A DNA stretch of 64,000 nt from Waddliaceae bacterium (GTDB taxonomy: Bacteria > Chlamydiota > Chlamydiia > Chlamydiales > Waddliaceae): assembly GCA_963724325.1 (NCBI GenBank), contig CAVRUH010000001.1:1024001-1088000 (forward strand). The letters run 5' to 3'. Each line of letters opens with the position of its first letter. The stretch's first letter is position 1. The notes under the pieces are model-generated. The model saw only the letters and a program-made list of their open reading frames with translations, did not search any database and was not told the DNA's origin. Of this stretch, positions 40,693-52,704 are shown piece after piece. The position numbers and the translations under genes are program-made.

Positions 40693-42003
40693 TTAGAATA
40701 ATGTTGTTCCGTCGACAGACTGGATTACATAGTAATTGAAATTTTCAGCCCAAATGATTGTTGCATCTCCGGCACCATCTATCACTACGGAGGGAGAAAC
40801 AGCATCCAAGTGTGGATCTGATAAGTCTTGCGGAGCTGACCATGAGCTTCCGAATGGAAGAGAGGCTGCTTGTAAGACGAAGTTTGAGCCATTTAATCTT
40901 GTCCATATTGCTACGGCGTTGCCGAAGGGGTCGACAGCTATGGCAGGGTTTGCAGCTTCACTTCCGGAGGCTGATAGATTTACGGGGATTGTCCAATATA
41001 GACTTCCTTGGGTGGCGCTGTAATTTGAGTAGAGAGTGGATGACTGTGCAATATAATTATTCCCATCATTTCTTGTCCATACAGCGACAGCGTTTCCACA
41101 AGGATCTATAGCTACTTGTGCATTATATGCATCTTGTCCATCTTCTGATATCACCATGGGCATTGACCAGTATTGATATGAGTCTAAATAGGCAGCTTGA
41201 ATAGTGAAATTACATCCATCATATCCGCTCCAAACTGCAATTGCTTCGCCGTCGCAATTGATATCTACATCTGTGCCCATTGAGTCAAATCCATATTCAG
41301 ACAAGTATTCAGGGAACGACCAAAATCCGTAATCGTAAATGGATGCTTCTGTGTATAAGTTAACACCATCGAATCCAGTCCAAACTGCTACAGACATTCC
41401 TGTAGTATTTGAAACGATTTGGGGTTGAAAGGCATATTCGCCAGGAATTGATATGTCTTCGGGGCATCCCCAGACTCCATAGTATGTTCTTCGTATTGCT
41501 TGAATTGATACAGCAGCGCCTTCGTATTTTTCCCAAACTACGATGATGTTTCCAATGCTATCTATAGACACTTTGGGATTAGCAGCATTTGCTCCGTCCT
41601 CTGAAAGAACAAGGATATCGGACCAGCTGCCTCCAAAGGGCTTTAGTCTGGCGCTTACGAGATAACTTTCTCCGTCGAAGCTTCCCCACACTACGATGGC
41701 ATTTCCTGAAGCATTCATTGCAATTTCTGGGCTGTATGAGTTTATTCCGTCAGGGGTTAGGTAGGTGCAGGCTGACCAACCAGCGCCCGTTGTATGTGTT
41801 GATGATCGAACTTTTATATTTTGTCCGTTGTACTCAGACCATACACCAATTGCATATCCCGTGGAGCTGACAGCGACGTTGGGGTTTGTGGATTGGTCCG
41901 CATAGGACGTTAAGGTTACAGGTTTTGACCATCCTGCTATTAGCTGGGCTTCGCTGAATAAAGTTAAAGCAGCAAACAAAAATGCAATTCTTAGGTAATT
42001 CAT
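40693..42003 (-). CDS. Secreted beta-propeller-like repeat protein (paralogue of 39236-40555)
   Basis: Colinear and highly similar to its neighbour (e.g. IQAIRRTYYGVW, WAENF.YYVIQS.DG). Confidence 0.75.
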   Translation of the reverse strand: MNYLRIAFLFAALTLFSEAQLIAGWSKPVTLTSYADQSTNPNVAVSSTGYAIGVWSEYNGQNIKVRSSTHTTGAGWSACTYLTPDGINSYSPEIAMNASGNAIVVWGSFDGESYLVSARLKPFGGSWSDILVLSEDGANAANPKVSIDSIGNIIVVWEKYEGAAVSIQAIRRTYYGVWGCPEDISIPGEYAFQPQIVSNTTGMSVAVWTGFDGVNLYTEASIYDYGFWSFPEYLSEYGFDSMGTDVDINCDGEAIAVWSGYDGCNFTIQAAYLDSYQYWSMPMVISEDGQDAYNAQVAIDPCGNAVAVWTRNDGNNYIAQSSTLYSNYSATQGSLYWTIPVNLSASGSEAANPAIAVDPFGNAVAIWTRLNGSNFVLQAASLPFGSSWSAPQDLSDPHLDAVSPSVVIDGAGDATIIWAENFNYYVIQSVDGTTLF

Positions 42004-42071
42004 ACATACACCTCACTTGTTATATGTAATATACTTTTATAATTTATATCTTTTCATTGCAAATAAAAATT

Positions 42072-44087
42072 TTATTTTTTGTTTTTTCTCCAGAAGAGCA
42101 GGATGCTGCCAAGTGCGACGATAAGTCCTCCGGGGTAGGTTAAAAAATATTTAAGAGGATCGTGATTTACGGCAAGTTGCACCCTTTTAACGGCAGTTTC
42201 ATTTTGGGGGGAGATGTTTGATAGATAGAAACGGTAGCCTTCCCAGGTTTCGTGGACACGGTTCATGCTGATTGTTTTGTCTTCGCCGGAAATTTGCAGA
42301 TCTGCTTCGTAGCTGAAAGTTTGCGAGGAATTGGCATAATTAATTTGCCTGGCATTTCGAAGTCTTACGCGGTAGGGTATGGAAAGGCTTTTTGGCTGAA
42401 ATCGGAAAAGATATTCTCCATCGAGTCCTGGGATTTTAATTCCTGTTCCTACCATGTTATAAACAAGAGAAATATAATCGACGTTTGGTCCATTTCGAAT
42501 TTCTAATGTTATCTTAGGTATGTTTTCTTCAATTTTGTTCATAGGCGGCATGGCTTTGCTACGAAGAGTCAGGGGAGCTTCAATAAAGACCGCATCGGCT
42601 TCGTTCGGAATATTTGGTTTAAAGTCGCCTAAATGGATTTCGCAGGCCCGAAATAAAGCGGATAGAAGCCTCCCTTTGCGTACTGGCGCCTCATGGGGTG
42701 CTGGAAGCATGTTGCCTGCGGCAAATATTTGTTGAGTTATGACGTTTAGGGGATTATCTCCTGCTGGAAGTTGATATCCGCTTGATCGAAGAAATTCGAT
42801 GGGTTCATCATCGACAAATAATTTATCAGCCCAATAGCAGCTGGCCAAAAAAGGAGCCTCAATAACTATTTCGGACTCTCCCGCGAAAGCTGGACCCTGT
42901 TCTGGATAGAGCCAGCATCCAGAGTTATCCCAGTTGACAAGGTATTCAAGACAGGTTTTTGGAAAGTCGGCTCCAGATTTTACGCATGCCTGTTTGAGGA
43001 TTTCCAAAGGCGGCGACAATTCTACATTATTTTCTGATGCATTTCTGAGTTCGCTTTCGATAATTTTGTGTATTTCGGCCTCGATTTCCTTTCGAGATTT
43101 GAGTGAAGTGATTTTTTCTTGCACAGCATAGCCGCCGAAACCTTTATCGTAGACAATGAGAGAATCCAAAGTATTAGCTCGATACAGGTTTTTTTGGATT
43201 TCTCCATGGGCACCATAGAAATAGAGTTGGATATCACCATGCATATCTTGGAAAAATGCTAGTTTAGGCTTGCGTTCGAGGTCAATGAGAATTTTTGATT
43301 TATTTACGAGGGCATTTGGGCCTTGCAGGGCAATGCTGACTCCATCAACAACTAATTCAAGTGAGCCGTAAATTAAATCGATATCAATATTTTCTAAATC
43401 ACCTGTGATGTCTCCCTTGTATATAATTTTTCCTGTGCTCCTTTCTGTAAGGGTGATTGTCAGATCTTTGAAATACTCTTTTTTGACTTCGTATTCTGTA
43501 TCGTTCGTCTGACGGTGGATGGCGGACCAACCTTGAGGAACTCCTGTGAGAAAAAGTTGATCGTTTTTGATCCATGTTTCCATTCTTTCGTAGGCGTTTG
43601 GAGCATATTCAACGATTTTTATTTCCAACCCAGGAAAAGGGGAGAGCCTTTTTTCGAGGTCATATTCTCCGTAGATTACTCCAAAAGCTTTTTTTGGATC
43701 TTTTTTTTCGATTTTAATGACATGAGTATTAGGAAGAAATATTTCCTGGCTTGCACTTCCTTCGGTTACGAGCATAATGCCCTGAGTGCCAAAGCAGCTT
43801 TTGACCAGGCATCCTGTCAGGATCATCAAGAGGCCCAAATGGGTGGTCAGAAAGGGGATATGTTTCTTCTTGAAGGGCCATCTTCGCAGGGATGAAAATA
43901 GAATATTAATGAAAAATCCCAAAAGCATGACCTTGAATATTGGATTGCTGTAGGTAAGTGCCGCTGCATACAGATGGGATTCTGTAGCAGATTCGATGAA
44001 TGTGCCGGCAATGACAAAAAGAGCTGTGGCGGCTATGAGGAAGATGGCGAAGTAAATGCTGCCGAGAAAGTGGTATAATCGTCTCAT
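42072..44087 (-). CDS. Cytochrome c biogenesis protein ResB/CcsB-like
   Basis: LGSIYFAIFLI...GTFIES, THLGLL, C-terminal ISMN...VNHDP...TYPG. Confidence 0.8.
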   Translation of the reverse strand: MRRLYHFLGSIYFAIFLIAATALFVIAGTFIESATESHLYAAALTYSNPIFKVMLLGFFINILFSSLRRWPFKKKHIPFLTTHLGLLMILTGCLVKSCFGTQGIMLVTEGSASQEIFLPNTHVIKIEKKDPKKAFGVIYGEYDLEKRLSPFPGLEIKIVEYAPNAYERMETWIKNDQLFLTGVPQGWSAIHRQTNDTEYEVKKEYFKDLTITLTERSTGKIIYKGDITGDLENIDIDLIYGSLELVVDGVSIALQGPNALVNKSKILIDLERKPKLAFFQDMHGDIQLYFYGAHGEIQKNLYRANTLDSLIVYDKGFGGYAVQEKITSLKSRKEIEAEIHKIIESELRNASENNVELSPPLEILKQACVKSGADFPKTCLEYLVNWDNSGCWLYPEQGPAFAGESEIVIEAPFLASCYWADKLFVDDEPIEFLRSSGYQLPAGDNPLNVITQQIFAAGNMLPAPHEAPVRKGRLLSALFRACEIHLGDFKPNIPNEADAVFIEAPLTLRSKAMPPMNKIEENIPKITLEIRNGPNVDYISLVYNMVGTGIKIPGLDGEYLFRFQPKSLSIPYRVRLRNARQINYANSSQTFSYEADLQISGEDKTISMNRVHETWEGYRFYLSNISPQNETAVKRVQLAVNHDPLKYFLTYPGGLIVALGSILLFWRKNKK

Positions 44088-44665
44088 GATGGTGGAATCT
44101 CGTGAATGAGTTCAAAGCTTCGAGCAAAAGATATAATTTCGAGGCGATGCTTTTGGATCAGTTCCTTGGGACCTTGGGCTTTAATTGTGATATCTGATCG
44201 CCATTCCTGTGGTACATCAGGGAGGGTAAGGCGGCTGTATTGTTCTGTCCCTAACTGCATGATCCAACCCATGACCCCATTCTTTTCATTGCTTGCTTCA
44301 AATAGGAAGCCCGCGTAGCCCGAAAATGATTGTGGGGTGATGTATTCCGCTGTCGGAACAATTTGCTGCCTCCAACGGGCGATTTGGAGCCCTGGTGGGA
44401 TCCGATCATTGATCTCATAGGATGGAAAATTGTGTATGGTGATTCGGATTTCATCGATATTGAATTCACAAATAGCTAACGTTGTGTCTGTCGGGGGGGA
44501 CTTTGGATCGTTTCTGCTCCAGGTGTGTGGAACTTTGATTCTGTATATTGAATCGAAATTTCTACCTCTAAGTTCTTGATATCGTGATGCATGCGATTCT
44601 TCGGGAGACGAACAGCCGCACAACAGAATGATTAAAAGTAATAGCAAAGGTTTCATACTCTGCAA
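44084..44665 (-). CDS. Lipoprotein, translationally coupled to the ResB-like gene
   Basis: Lipobox LLCGC; 4-bp overlap with downstream gene. Confidence 0.65.
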   Translation of the reverse strand: MQSMKPLLLLLIILLCGCSSPEESHASRYQELRGRNFDSIYRIKVPHTWSRNDPKSPPTDTTLAICEFNIDEIRITIHNFPSYEINDRIPPGLQIARWRQQIVPTAEYITPQSFSGYAGFLFEASNEKNGVMGWIMQLGTEQYSRLTLPDVPQEWRSDITIKAQGPKELIQKHRLEIISFARSFELIHEIPPS

Positions 44666-44743
44666 AGCATATCAAATTTGACAAAATAAATACCTTTAAA
44701 ATTATTCATACTTAGGGTAAATCTCGATTGATAGGAGAATTGC

Positions 44744-47386
44744 ATGTCATACCTTGACGGACTAAACGATAATTTGCCTCTGCTGGAAGATTTGTATGAA
44801 AAATACCTGCAAGATCCAAGTTCTATAGATCCTTCGTGGCATCCCTATTTCGATCATATGGATGTGGTCGCTTATCGCGAGGTTTCGGCTGATATTCGGA
44901 TTCGCGATTTGATCAATGCGTATCGTACCTATGGCCATCTTGAGGCTAAGTTCAATCCAATTGAAATAAAATCACGGGAAAAATCGCCTGAACTAAGTCT
45001 GGAACATTTAGGATTCAGCACAAGTGAGCTTGGTGAAACATTTCCTACTAATGGACTGATGGAACATCCTACGGCAACTCTCCAGGAAATTATCGATTCT
45101 CTACGCAAAGTATACTGTGCAAATATCGGCATAGAATATACCCCTTCGGAGGAACTTAATGCATGGTTGCAACACCGCTTTGAGCAGCATCCACAAAGCA
45201 GTCTTACCATTGAACAGAAGAAAATGCTTCTGCAGCATCTCAATAAGTCAGAGCTGTTCGAAGTCTTTTTGCATACAAAATACGTTGGACAGAAACGATT
45301 TTCACTTGAAGGGGCAGAAACGCTCATTCCTATGTTGGCTGCAGCTATCGATTTGGGTTCACTTCTTGGTATTGAAGATTTCGTCTTGGGGATGCCTCAT
45401 CGAGGCCGTCTAAATGTTCTGTGTAATATCCTAGATAAATCATATTCGACTATTTTTGCTGAATTCGATGAGGGCTATATACCAGTCTCATTTGAGGGGA
45501 GCGGCGATGTAAAATATCACAAAGGATTTTTCTCCAGCTACGAGACCATGCATGGAAAAAATGTGAATGTCTCATTGACTCCGAACCCGAGCCATCTAGA
45601 ATCAGTAGATCCCGTTGTCGAGGGAATTGCTCGAGCCAAACAAACCTTAAAAAACAAAAAAAAAGTCATACCCGTTTTAATTCATGGAGATGCCGCAATT
45701 GCTGCTCAGGGAGTAGTCTACGAAACCCTGCAAATGTACAATCTCGATGGATTTTCCACCGGTGGAACAATCCATTTCGTGGTAAACAATCAAATTGGGT
45801 TCACAACAAATCCAAAAGATGGTCGCTCAACTCGCTACTGCACAGATATCGCTAAAGCTTTCGGAGCCCCAGTATTCCATGTCAATGCTGAAAATCCCGA
45901 ATCGTGTGTTTTCGTGACCAATTTAGCTGTAGAAATTCGACAAAAATTTAACTGTGATGTATTCATCGACTTGAACTGCTATAGAAAATATGGCCATAAC
46001 GAATCGGATGAACCGGCTTTTACACAGCCTCTGGAATATAAATTGATTCGAGAAAAGCGTCCAATACGAGAAGTGTATCGCGATGCACTTATTCAAGAAA
46101 ATATCCTGGAAAAGAAAATCGTTGATGCGTTTGAAGAAGAATTTAAAGAATCCTTGCAAACACAAATGGCAATCAAAAATGAAGAAAAAGCTGCAAAAGA
46201 TGTTATAGAAAAAACAGCTCGAAAACCGGAAATATCGAAACAAATACTGCTCGATGTTACAAAAGCATTGTCACATCTCCCTGAAGGATTTAGTATTCAC
46301 CCAAAGCTCGATCGTCTCGTTAAAGAACGCCTCGCCATGGTAGAAGAAGATAAACCAATCGACTGGGGGATGGCTGAGACATTAGCTTACGGTACCATAC
46401 TTTGGGAAGGGGGCAATATCCGCATCAGCGGCCAAGATGTCTGCCGTGGAACATTCAGCCACCGTCATGCCCTATGGATGGATCAAGTCAAAGAACAAGC
46501 TTACTTTCCACTACAACATCTTAAACCAAATCAAGGTCGTTTTGATATTTATAATTCACCCCTGACTGAATATGCCGGCCTCGGTTTTGAATACGGATAC
46601 AGTTTGGTCTCGCCAGATGATTTAGTCATCTGGGAGGCACAGTTCGGTGATTTTTGTAATGGCGCCCAAATTACCATAGATCAATATATCTCTTCCGGAG
46701 AACAAAAATGGGGACATAAAAATTCTATAGTTATGCTCTTGCCACATGGCTATGAAGGGCAAGGTCCCGAACATTCATCGGGTCGGATGGAACGCTTTTT
46801 GACCCTTTGCGGAAACAATAACATGCGGATTGTTTATCCAACTCTTCCTGCTCAAATCTTTCACGTACTTCACCGCCAAATCGAAAGCGCAGAACTAAAA
46901 CCACTCATTGTATTTACTCCAAAAGGTCTCTTAAGACATCCAGAATGCATCAGCAAAGTCGACGACCTCATTAAAGGTTCCTTTGAAGAAATTATAGATG
47001 ATCCTTTACACCCCAGAAATGCAAAACATGCAATCTTTTGTACCGGAAGAATTTATTACGATCTTCTCGCAGAAAGATCCAAACGAAAGCTAGACAACCT
47101 AGCCATTATCCGTATTGAGCAACTCTATCCATTAAATATGGAAAAAATTAAAGAGATCTTAAAGCAATATACCCAAGCAGATCGATTCACCTGGGCCCAG
47201 GAAGAGCCAAAAAACATGGGAGCCTGGTCCTTTATTCATCCCTATTTGCAATCATTGATGCCCAAAATCGAATACACAGGTCGTGATTTCAGCGCCTCGC
47301 CTGCTGCCGGCTCATACTATTTGCACAAAAAAGAGTATGCGGCAATCATGCAAAAAATATTTAACGATTCGGAACAAAAAAAATGA
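44744..47386 (+). CDS. sucA: 2-oxoglutarate dehydrogenase E1
   Basis: [49 protein letters not shown]. Confidence 0.97.
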   Translation: MSYLDGLNDNLPLLEDLYEKYLQDPSSIDPSWHPYFDHMDVVAYREVSADIRIRDLINAYRTYGHLEAKFNPIEIKSREKSPELSLEHLGFSTSELGETFPTNGLMEHPTATLQEIIDSLRKVYCANIGIEYTPSEELNAWLQHRFEQHPQSSLTIEQKKMLLQHLNKSELFEVFLHTKYVGQKRFSLEGAETLIPMLAAAIDLGSLLGIEDFVLGMPHRGRLNVLCNILDKSYSTIFAEFDEGYIPVSFEGSGDVKYHKGFFSSYETMHGKNVNVSLTPNPSHLESVDPVVEGIARAKQTLKNKKKVIPVLIHGDAAIAAQGVVYETLQMYNLDGFSTGGTIHFVVNNQIGFTTNPKDGRSTRYCTDIAKAFGAPVFHVNAENPESCVFVTNLAVEIRQKFNCDVFIDLNCYRKYGHNESDEPAFTQPLEYKLIREKRPIREVYRDALIQENILEKKIVDAFEEEFKESLQTQMAIKNEEKAAKDVIEKTARKPEISKQILLDVTKALSHLPEGFSIHPKLDRLVKERLAMVEEDKPIDWGMAETLAYGTILWEGGNIRISGQDVCRGTFSHRHALWMDQVKEQAYFPLQHLKPNQGRFDIYNSPLTEYAGLGFEYGYSLVSPDDLVIWEAQFGDFCNGAQITIDQYISSGEQKWGHKNSIVMLLPHGYEGQGPEHSSGRMERFLTLCGNNNMRIVYPTLPAQIFHVLHRQIESAELKPLIVFTPKGLLRHPECISKVDDLIKGSFEEIIDDPLHPRNAKHAIFCTGRIYYDLLAERSKRKLDNLAIIRIEQLYPLNMEKIKEILKQYTQADRFTWAQEEPKNMGAWSFIHPYLQSLMPKIEYTGRDFSASPAAGSYYLHKKEYAAIMQKIFNDSEQKK

Positions 47387-48486
47387 AAATAGAAATCAAA
47401 ATACCAGCTATGGGAGAATCCATCTCCGAAGCAACCATCGGAACACTACTAAAAGCCTCCGGTTCAAAAGTCGCCATGGATGAAGAGGTCCTAGAACTAG
47501 AAACCGATAAAGTAAACCAAGTTCTCCATGCCCCGCAAGCAGGTATTTTTACAGCAACAGTCAAAACCGGTGATATTGTCAAAATTGGTCAAGTGGTCGG
47601 CTTCGTCGATACCGAAGGGGCTCCTGTTGAAGCTCCAAAACCTGAAAAAATTGTTCCTCCACCTCCCCCTCCAGTTGTTCCAAAAGCAATAGCAGGCACT
47701 GCCAGATATTCAAAAGAATCCTTTGTAGCGGATCTTAAAAAACCGCCAAAAACAGCGGCGACTCCAAAACCAGCTCCTGTCACCAATGGTCGCGAAACAC
47801 GGCGTCCCATGTCGAAAATCCGAAAAGTAATCGCAAGCAGGCTCTTAGATGCGCAACAAACTACTGCAATGCTCACAACTTTTAACGAGGTGGATATGAG
47901 CGCTGTCATCGAAATGCGAAATAAATACAAAGATCTCTTCCAAAAAGAACATGGTGTCAAATTGGGATTCATGTCCTTCTTTGTGAAAGCAGTCGTTTCT
48001 GCTCTTCAAGCCGTTCCAGGCATCAACTCCTACATCGATGGCGAAGATTTGGTCCATCGTGACTACTACGATATCGGCGTCGCCGTTGGGACCGACCGAG
48101 GTGTTTTTGTGCCAGTCGTCAGAAACTGCGATCAATTTTCCTATGCAGATATCGAACGTTCCATCGAAGGATACGCAAAAAAAGCCCGCGAAGGAAAATT
48201 GGTGGTTGATGATTTACAAGGGGGTGGCTTCACCATCACGAATGGCGGCGTCTATGGATCCCTCCTTTCAACACCAATTTTGAACCCCCCTCAAAGTGGA
48301 ATATTGGGAATGCACAACATCCAAAAGCGTGCTATCGTTATCAAAGACGAAATTGTCATTCGTCCAATGATGTACCTTGCCCTCAGCTACGATCACCGCG
48401 TAGTCGATGGAAAAGAGGCCGTGACTTTTTTGGTGCATGTCAAAGAATATCTCGAAGATCCATCCCGATTTCTTTTGGGGGTGTAA
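47383..48486 (+). CDS. sucB: Dihydrolipoamide succinyltransferase E2
   Basis: Lipoyl [27 protein letters not shown]. Confidence 0.97.
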   Translation: MKIEIKIPAMGESISEATIGTLLKASGSKVAMDEEVLELETDKVNQVLHAPQAGIFTATVKTGDIVKIGQVVGFVDTEGAPVEAPKPEKIVPPPPPPVVPKAIAGTARYSKESFVADLKKPPKTAATPKPAPVTNGRETRRPMSKIRKVIASRLLDAQQTTAMLTTFNEVDMSAVIEMRNKYKDLFQKEHGVKLGFMSFFVKAVVSALQAVPGINSYIDGEDLVHRDYYDIGVAVGTDRGVFVPVVRNCDQFSYADIERSIEGYAKKAREGKLVVDDLQGGGFTITNGGVYGSLLSTPILNPPQSGILGMHNIQKRAIVIKDEIVIRPMMYLALSYDHRVVDGKEAVTFLVHVKEYLEDPSRFLLGV

Positions 48487-48487
48487 A

Positions 48488-49861
48488 GTGAAGGAATACG
48501 ATGTCATTGTCATCGGAGCAGGGCCCGGAGGATATATTGCAGCAATCCGTGCTGCAGAACTAGGTTTAAAAACTGCCTGCGTCGATAAAGGAAAAACACT
48601 CGGAGGCACCTGCGTCAATGTCGGCTGCATCCCTTCAAAAGCACTTCTACATACATCTGAAAACTACTATTTTATGAAAAACGAAAGCGCCGAAATTGGA
48701 ATCACATTCTCTGATGTGAATTTTAACTTCGACAAAATTATGCAACACAAAACCGAAGTCGTCGACGGTCTATGCAAATCCGTAGAAGGGCTCTTTAAAA
48801 ATAACAAAATCGATCGAATCCAAGGGACGGCACAATTCATCAATCCCAACACCATTCAAGTTGAAAATGAACAACTTTCTGCAAAAAACTTTATCCTCGC
48901 AACAGGTTCCGAACCAATCCCTCTTCCTTTTGCACCTTTTGACGAAAAAATAATCGTTTCCTCAACCGGCGCTCTAAGTCTTAAACAAGTGCCCAAAGAT
49001 ATGGTCGTGATTGGAGCAGGTGTTATCGGCGTCGAACTTGCCTCAGTATATTCACGACTAGGCAGCCGCGTAACTGTTGTCGAAATGCTCGATAAAATAA
49101 CCCCAGCCTTCGAGGATGCCCTGAGCCGAGCCCTTCTACAATCTCTCAAAAAACAAGGCATTACCTTTCATCTCGCTGCCAAAGTGACCAAAATTGAATC
49201 CAAGCAAGTCTATTTTGAGGTCAATAATGAAGCTTTGACACTTCCCGCCGATGTTGTCCTAGTTGCCATCGGAAGACGTCCCTATACCAAAGGTCTTGGA
49301 CTAGATAAAATTGGCGTAGAGAAGACAGAAAAAGGATTTGTTGTCATTAATGCAAATTTTCAAACAAATATTCCAAACATCTATGCCATTGGAGACATCG
49401 TAGATGGCCCAATGCTGGCTCACAAAGCTTCAGACGAAGGGATAGCTGTCGCCGAAATCATCGCCGGTCTCACTCCAAAGGTCAATTATGCAAATATTCC
49501 CAACGTGGTATACACCTTCCCCGAACTAGCTTCCACAGGCCTGACTGAGGCAGAGGCAATAGCGATGAAACTGAGTGTCATTATAGGTACAACATACTAC
49601 AAAGGCAACCCCCGCGCCCGCTGCAGCAACTACAAAGATGGTATTGTAAAAGTAATTGGCGACGCCTCCACAGGTCGATTGCTTGGAGTCCACATCTTCG
49701 GCGCCCACGCCTCAGAGATGATCGGAGAAGCCGTCGTTGCCCTTCAAAAACAAGCATCCCTAAAAGACCTCGCAGATACCTCGCACGCTCATCCCACCCT
49801 CAGCGAATCCATCAGAGATGCATGTCATCAGGCTTATCAATCTTATCAAGCTAAGAATTAA
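48488..49861 (+). CDS. lpdA: Dihydrolipoamide dehydrogenase E3
   Basis: GAGPGGY, GGTCVNVGCIPSK, HAHPTLSE; GTG start at 48488, just after the sucB stop. Confidence 0.95.
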   Translation: MKEYDVIVIGAGPGGYIAAIRAAELGLKTACVDKGKTLGGTCVNVGCIPSKALLHTSENYYFMKNESAEIGITFSDVNFNFDKIMQHKTEVVDGLCKSVEGLFKNNKIDRIQGTAQFINPNTIQVENEQLSAKNFILATGSEPIPLPFAPFDEKIIVSSTGALSLKQVPKDMVVIGAGVIGVELASVYSRLGSRVTVVEMLDKITPAFEDALSRALLQSLKKQGITFHLAAKVTKIESKQVYFEVNNEALTLPADVVLVAIGRRPYTKGLGLDKIGVEKTEKGFVVINANFQTNIPNIYAIGDIVDGPMLAHKASDEGIAVAEIIAGLTPKVNYANIPNVVYTFPELASTGLTEAEAIAMKLSVIIGTTYYKGNPRARCSNYKDGIVKVIGDASTGRLLGVHIFGAHASEMIGEAVVALQKQASLKDLADTSHAHPTLSESIRDACHQAYQSYQAKN

Positions 49862-50216
49862 CAGGATATGCAGGCAAATGCATCAACATAAAATATCTTT
49901 GATTAAGGAGAACACAGAAAACATAAGAGAGATCATTGATATCTTGTTATTTCTCTAACAAAAAAACAGGATATGCAAGATCGCAAGCGGCAGGATATGA
50001 ATGATTTATGCAACTTCTTACCTTGCTTTATAATAAAAAGTAATTGACATGATCTTCCTATAATCCTTCCTAACCCATATGCATCAACTTAAAAAAAATA
50101 ACACCGAGTTGACAGAGAAAACAGAAGGAGCACAGAGCTATTTTATACTCAATGACCTCTCTTGTGTCCTCTCGTGTTCTCTGTGGTAAAAAATATTTTA
50201 GGTTGATGGGTATGGA
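49859..50216. repeat. Composite of family-1 and family-2 repeats
   Basis: Family-1 arm plus loop (49965-50070, matches 4070-4175) interrupted by a family-2 element ~50075-50216. Confidence 0.75.
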
Positions 50217-50261
50217 GGCATGATAAGAGAGGAGAAGTATGAAACAGTCCTGCCTTTTTAA

Positions 50262-51665
50262 TCAATAGTATATAAATACCTGGTTTATTTCCATGGTAAA
50301 TGTAATTTTTAAAATTGTATTATCAAAAAAATCAAAACTATCTTTATTAATTTTTTTGAAGTCTTCCGAATATGCTCCCATTTCCTTTACGACCTCATTA
50401 TAAAATTTCACCTTTAATTTATCTTGGTTATTTTTGTCGTCTTCGTCCGCAAGTTTTAACAAAATATCATATGAATCCGGCGCAAGTGACTGAAAGTTTT
50501 TAATCTCATCTTCGTTAAGTTTTCCCATGTCCTCTTTCAGGTCTTTGCTTACACAAGCGATCACTAGTGCCGCTTTAACTGCTTCCTTCGGGAAAACATC
50601 CTCTTCTTCATCAAAAATTAGATGTGCCTGACGTATTGATTCAAAAAAACTAATTTCTCGAAATAGAACATTCAGAGTCTTCAAATTTAGAGGGTTTAAA
50701 TCTATTTCATGCTTTTTCAATTCAATTGCAAATTGAACAAATAATTCTAACTTTAATTTATCTTGATTATTTTTGTCGTCTTCACCCGCAAGGTTTACCA
50801 AAATTTCATATGACCTCGGTAAAATCGACTTAAAGTTATCGAGATGTTCTTGTTTAATTTTTTCCATGTCAGCTTCAAGGTCCTTGCTATCACAAGCAAT
50901 CAATGCGTCCTTTTGAGTTTCAGTGAGTGATTCTATGAGTTCTTCCAGGGGTTCTTCCTGTTCCTGTAGAAATTCTTTATCTCTAGATGCCTCAAGTACT
51001 TGATTGAAAAATGTAAGTTTTGATAGTAGACTGCTCAAAGCAATTGTCTCATTTTGCTTGCCGGCTAACTTAAGCTTTAACCTTTCCATTGAATACTCAA
51101 AAAAGAATTCTAATTTTAATTTATCCTGTTTATTTTTGTCGTTCTCATTCGCAAGTTTTAACAAAATCTTATATGACTTTGGCATATTTGACTTAATGTT
51201 TTTGATCTCATCTTTATTAAGAATTTTCATTTCACTTTTAAGGTCTGTGCTATCAGAAGCTGTTATAATTACCCTCGGAGCATTTGAAAAGAAGTTCTCT
51301 TTAAATTCTTTGACATCAAATTTGCCTCCAAAAAACCTTCGTAGAGCCGTAAGAAATTTTAAGACAGTACCTTTTAAGCTTTTTTCCTTACTGAGATCTA
51401 TATTCCCTTGCTCATTTAATGTGGCTATAAATTTCTTTGCCCGCTCAATTGTAGGATTGGTTGTGCTAGAATCTTTCATTAATTCATAAAATTTCTTAGC
51501 AATGTCTTTTAGTGCGACATCTCCCGTTAGTCCACGATGACCCGACGCCCCTTCAACGAATCTTCTTCCACCCATTTTTCCGATTTTTGGTTGTATATCT
51601 TTCAATAAATTATTAAAATCAACCATTGTATCGCATTTGTTGATTGCATCTTTAATTGTTGTCAT
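50262..51665 (-). CDS. MTTI-family paralogue A1 (3 helical modules), candidate effector
   Basis: MTTIKDAINK...PKIGKMGGRRF N-terminus; ~55-aa module repeated 3 times. Confidence 0.85.
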   Translation of the reverse strand: MTTIKDAINKCDTMVDFNNLLKDIQPKIGKMGGRRFVEGASGHRGLTGDVALKDIAKKFYELMKDSSTTNPTIERAKKFIATLNEQGNIDLSKEKSLKGTVLKFLTALRRFFGGKFDVKEFKENFFSNAPRVIITASDSTDLKSEMKILNKDEIKNIKSNMPKSYKILLKLANENDKNKQDKLKLEFFFEYSMERLKLKLAGKQNETIALSSLLSKLTFFNQVLEASRDKEFLQEQEEPLEELIESLTETQKDALIACDSKDLEADMEKIKQEHLDNFKSILPRSYEILVNLAGEDDKNNQDKLKLELFVQFAIELKKHEIDLNPLNLKTLNVLFREISFFESIRQAHLIFDEEEDVFPKEAVKAALVIACVSKDLKEDMGKLNEDEIKNFQSLAPDSYDILLKLADEDDKNNQDKLKVKFYNEVVKEMGAYSEDFKKINKDSFDFFDNTILKITFTMEINQVFIYY

Positions 51666-51817
51666 AAAAATATCCTCTGATAAACTATTTAATTTTCTTA
51701 TCTATTTGTTATTAAAGCATTATTTTTATTTTGAGTCAAACACAAAAACGGTTGCCCCCTGCCTTCGATTTGGGACAAAGCGGGGGTCATGCCAAATGGG
51801 ATACGGAATGGCATGAT

Positions 51818-52582
51818 TTATGCTGATTCTGTGACAAAGCCGTCAAGTAAATTAGATAAATTATCACTTAAAAATTTGACATTATCCAGATATTTTAAAT
51901 GTGATTGAAGTGCTTCAAATTTTTCCTTTGCCTCATCTGGGTGTTTGGTACTATAAATGCCAATTTTTACATATAGTTCAATGACAAGCTCAATTACAAA
52001 TTCTTCTTTTAATTTATTTATCTTGTTTACATCACTTTCATTTGCAAGTTTTGATAATGCACTATAACTGTTTGGAATACCATTTTTAATGATATTTATT
52101 TGATCCTTACTCAGTTTACTCAAATCTTCTTTAAGTTGTGATGTGTCAGCATCTAGTATCATTGCTTTTTCACCAGGTGTAAATGAATCTAAATAGAACT
52201 TTTTGATTTCAAATTTTCCTCCAAAAACTCTTTTTATTGCAGTTAGAAATCTGATGCAAAAACCTTTAAAGCCCCTTATTTCGCTAAGTTTTTCATTTGC
52301 ATCTACATCAAATTTTTGTATAGACATTCTTGCTTTCTGTATTGCAGTCTCGTCTGTGTTTGGTTTTTTCATTAATTCCTGAAACTTCTTTGCAATGTCT
52401 TTTATTGCAACATCACCTGTTATCCTTTGCCTACCAGCCACTTCATTTGCATTGTTAGAGCCACTGTCTACTACGATCCTTCTTCCACCCAATTTGCCGA
52501 TTTTAGGTGTTAAATTTTCCAATAACTCACCCAGTTCTTCAATTGATTCAAAACTATTTAGTACTGCTCTAATTGTTGTCAT
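51818..52582 (-). CDS. MTTI-family paralogue B1
   Basis: MTTIRAVLNS...PKIGKLGGRR; one module. Confidence 0.85.
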   Translation of the reverse strand: MTTIRAVLNSFESIEELGELLENLTPKIGKLGGRRIVVDSGSNNANEVAGRQRITGDVAIKDIAKKFQELMKKPNTDETAIQKARMSIQKFDVDANEKLSEIRGFKGFCIRFLTAIKRVFGGKFEIKKFYLDSFTPGEKAMILDADTSQLKEDLSKLSKDQINIIKNGIPNSYSALSKLANESDVNKINKLKEEFVIELVIELYVKIGIYSTKHPDEAKEKFEALQSHLKYLDNVKFLSDNLSNLLDGFVTESA

Positions 52583-52704
52583 AAAAACCTCTTGATATAA
52601 ATTATTTAACTCACATTTCTAATTGCTATTAGCACTTTGCACATATTGTAACCCAATAGCGCACTTCAACTTTAATTTATCCTGTTTATTTTTTGAGTCA
52701 ACCA

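Noticed and set aside
48437..48487. Track start of lpdA
   Set aside because: Overlaps sucB; GTG 48488 gives the normal KEYDVIVIG N-terminus
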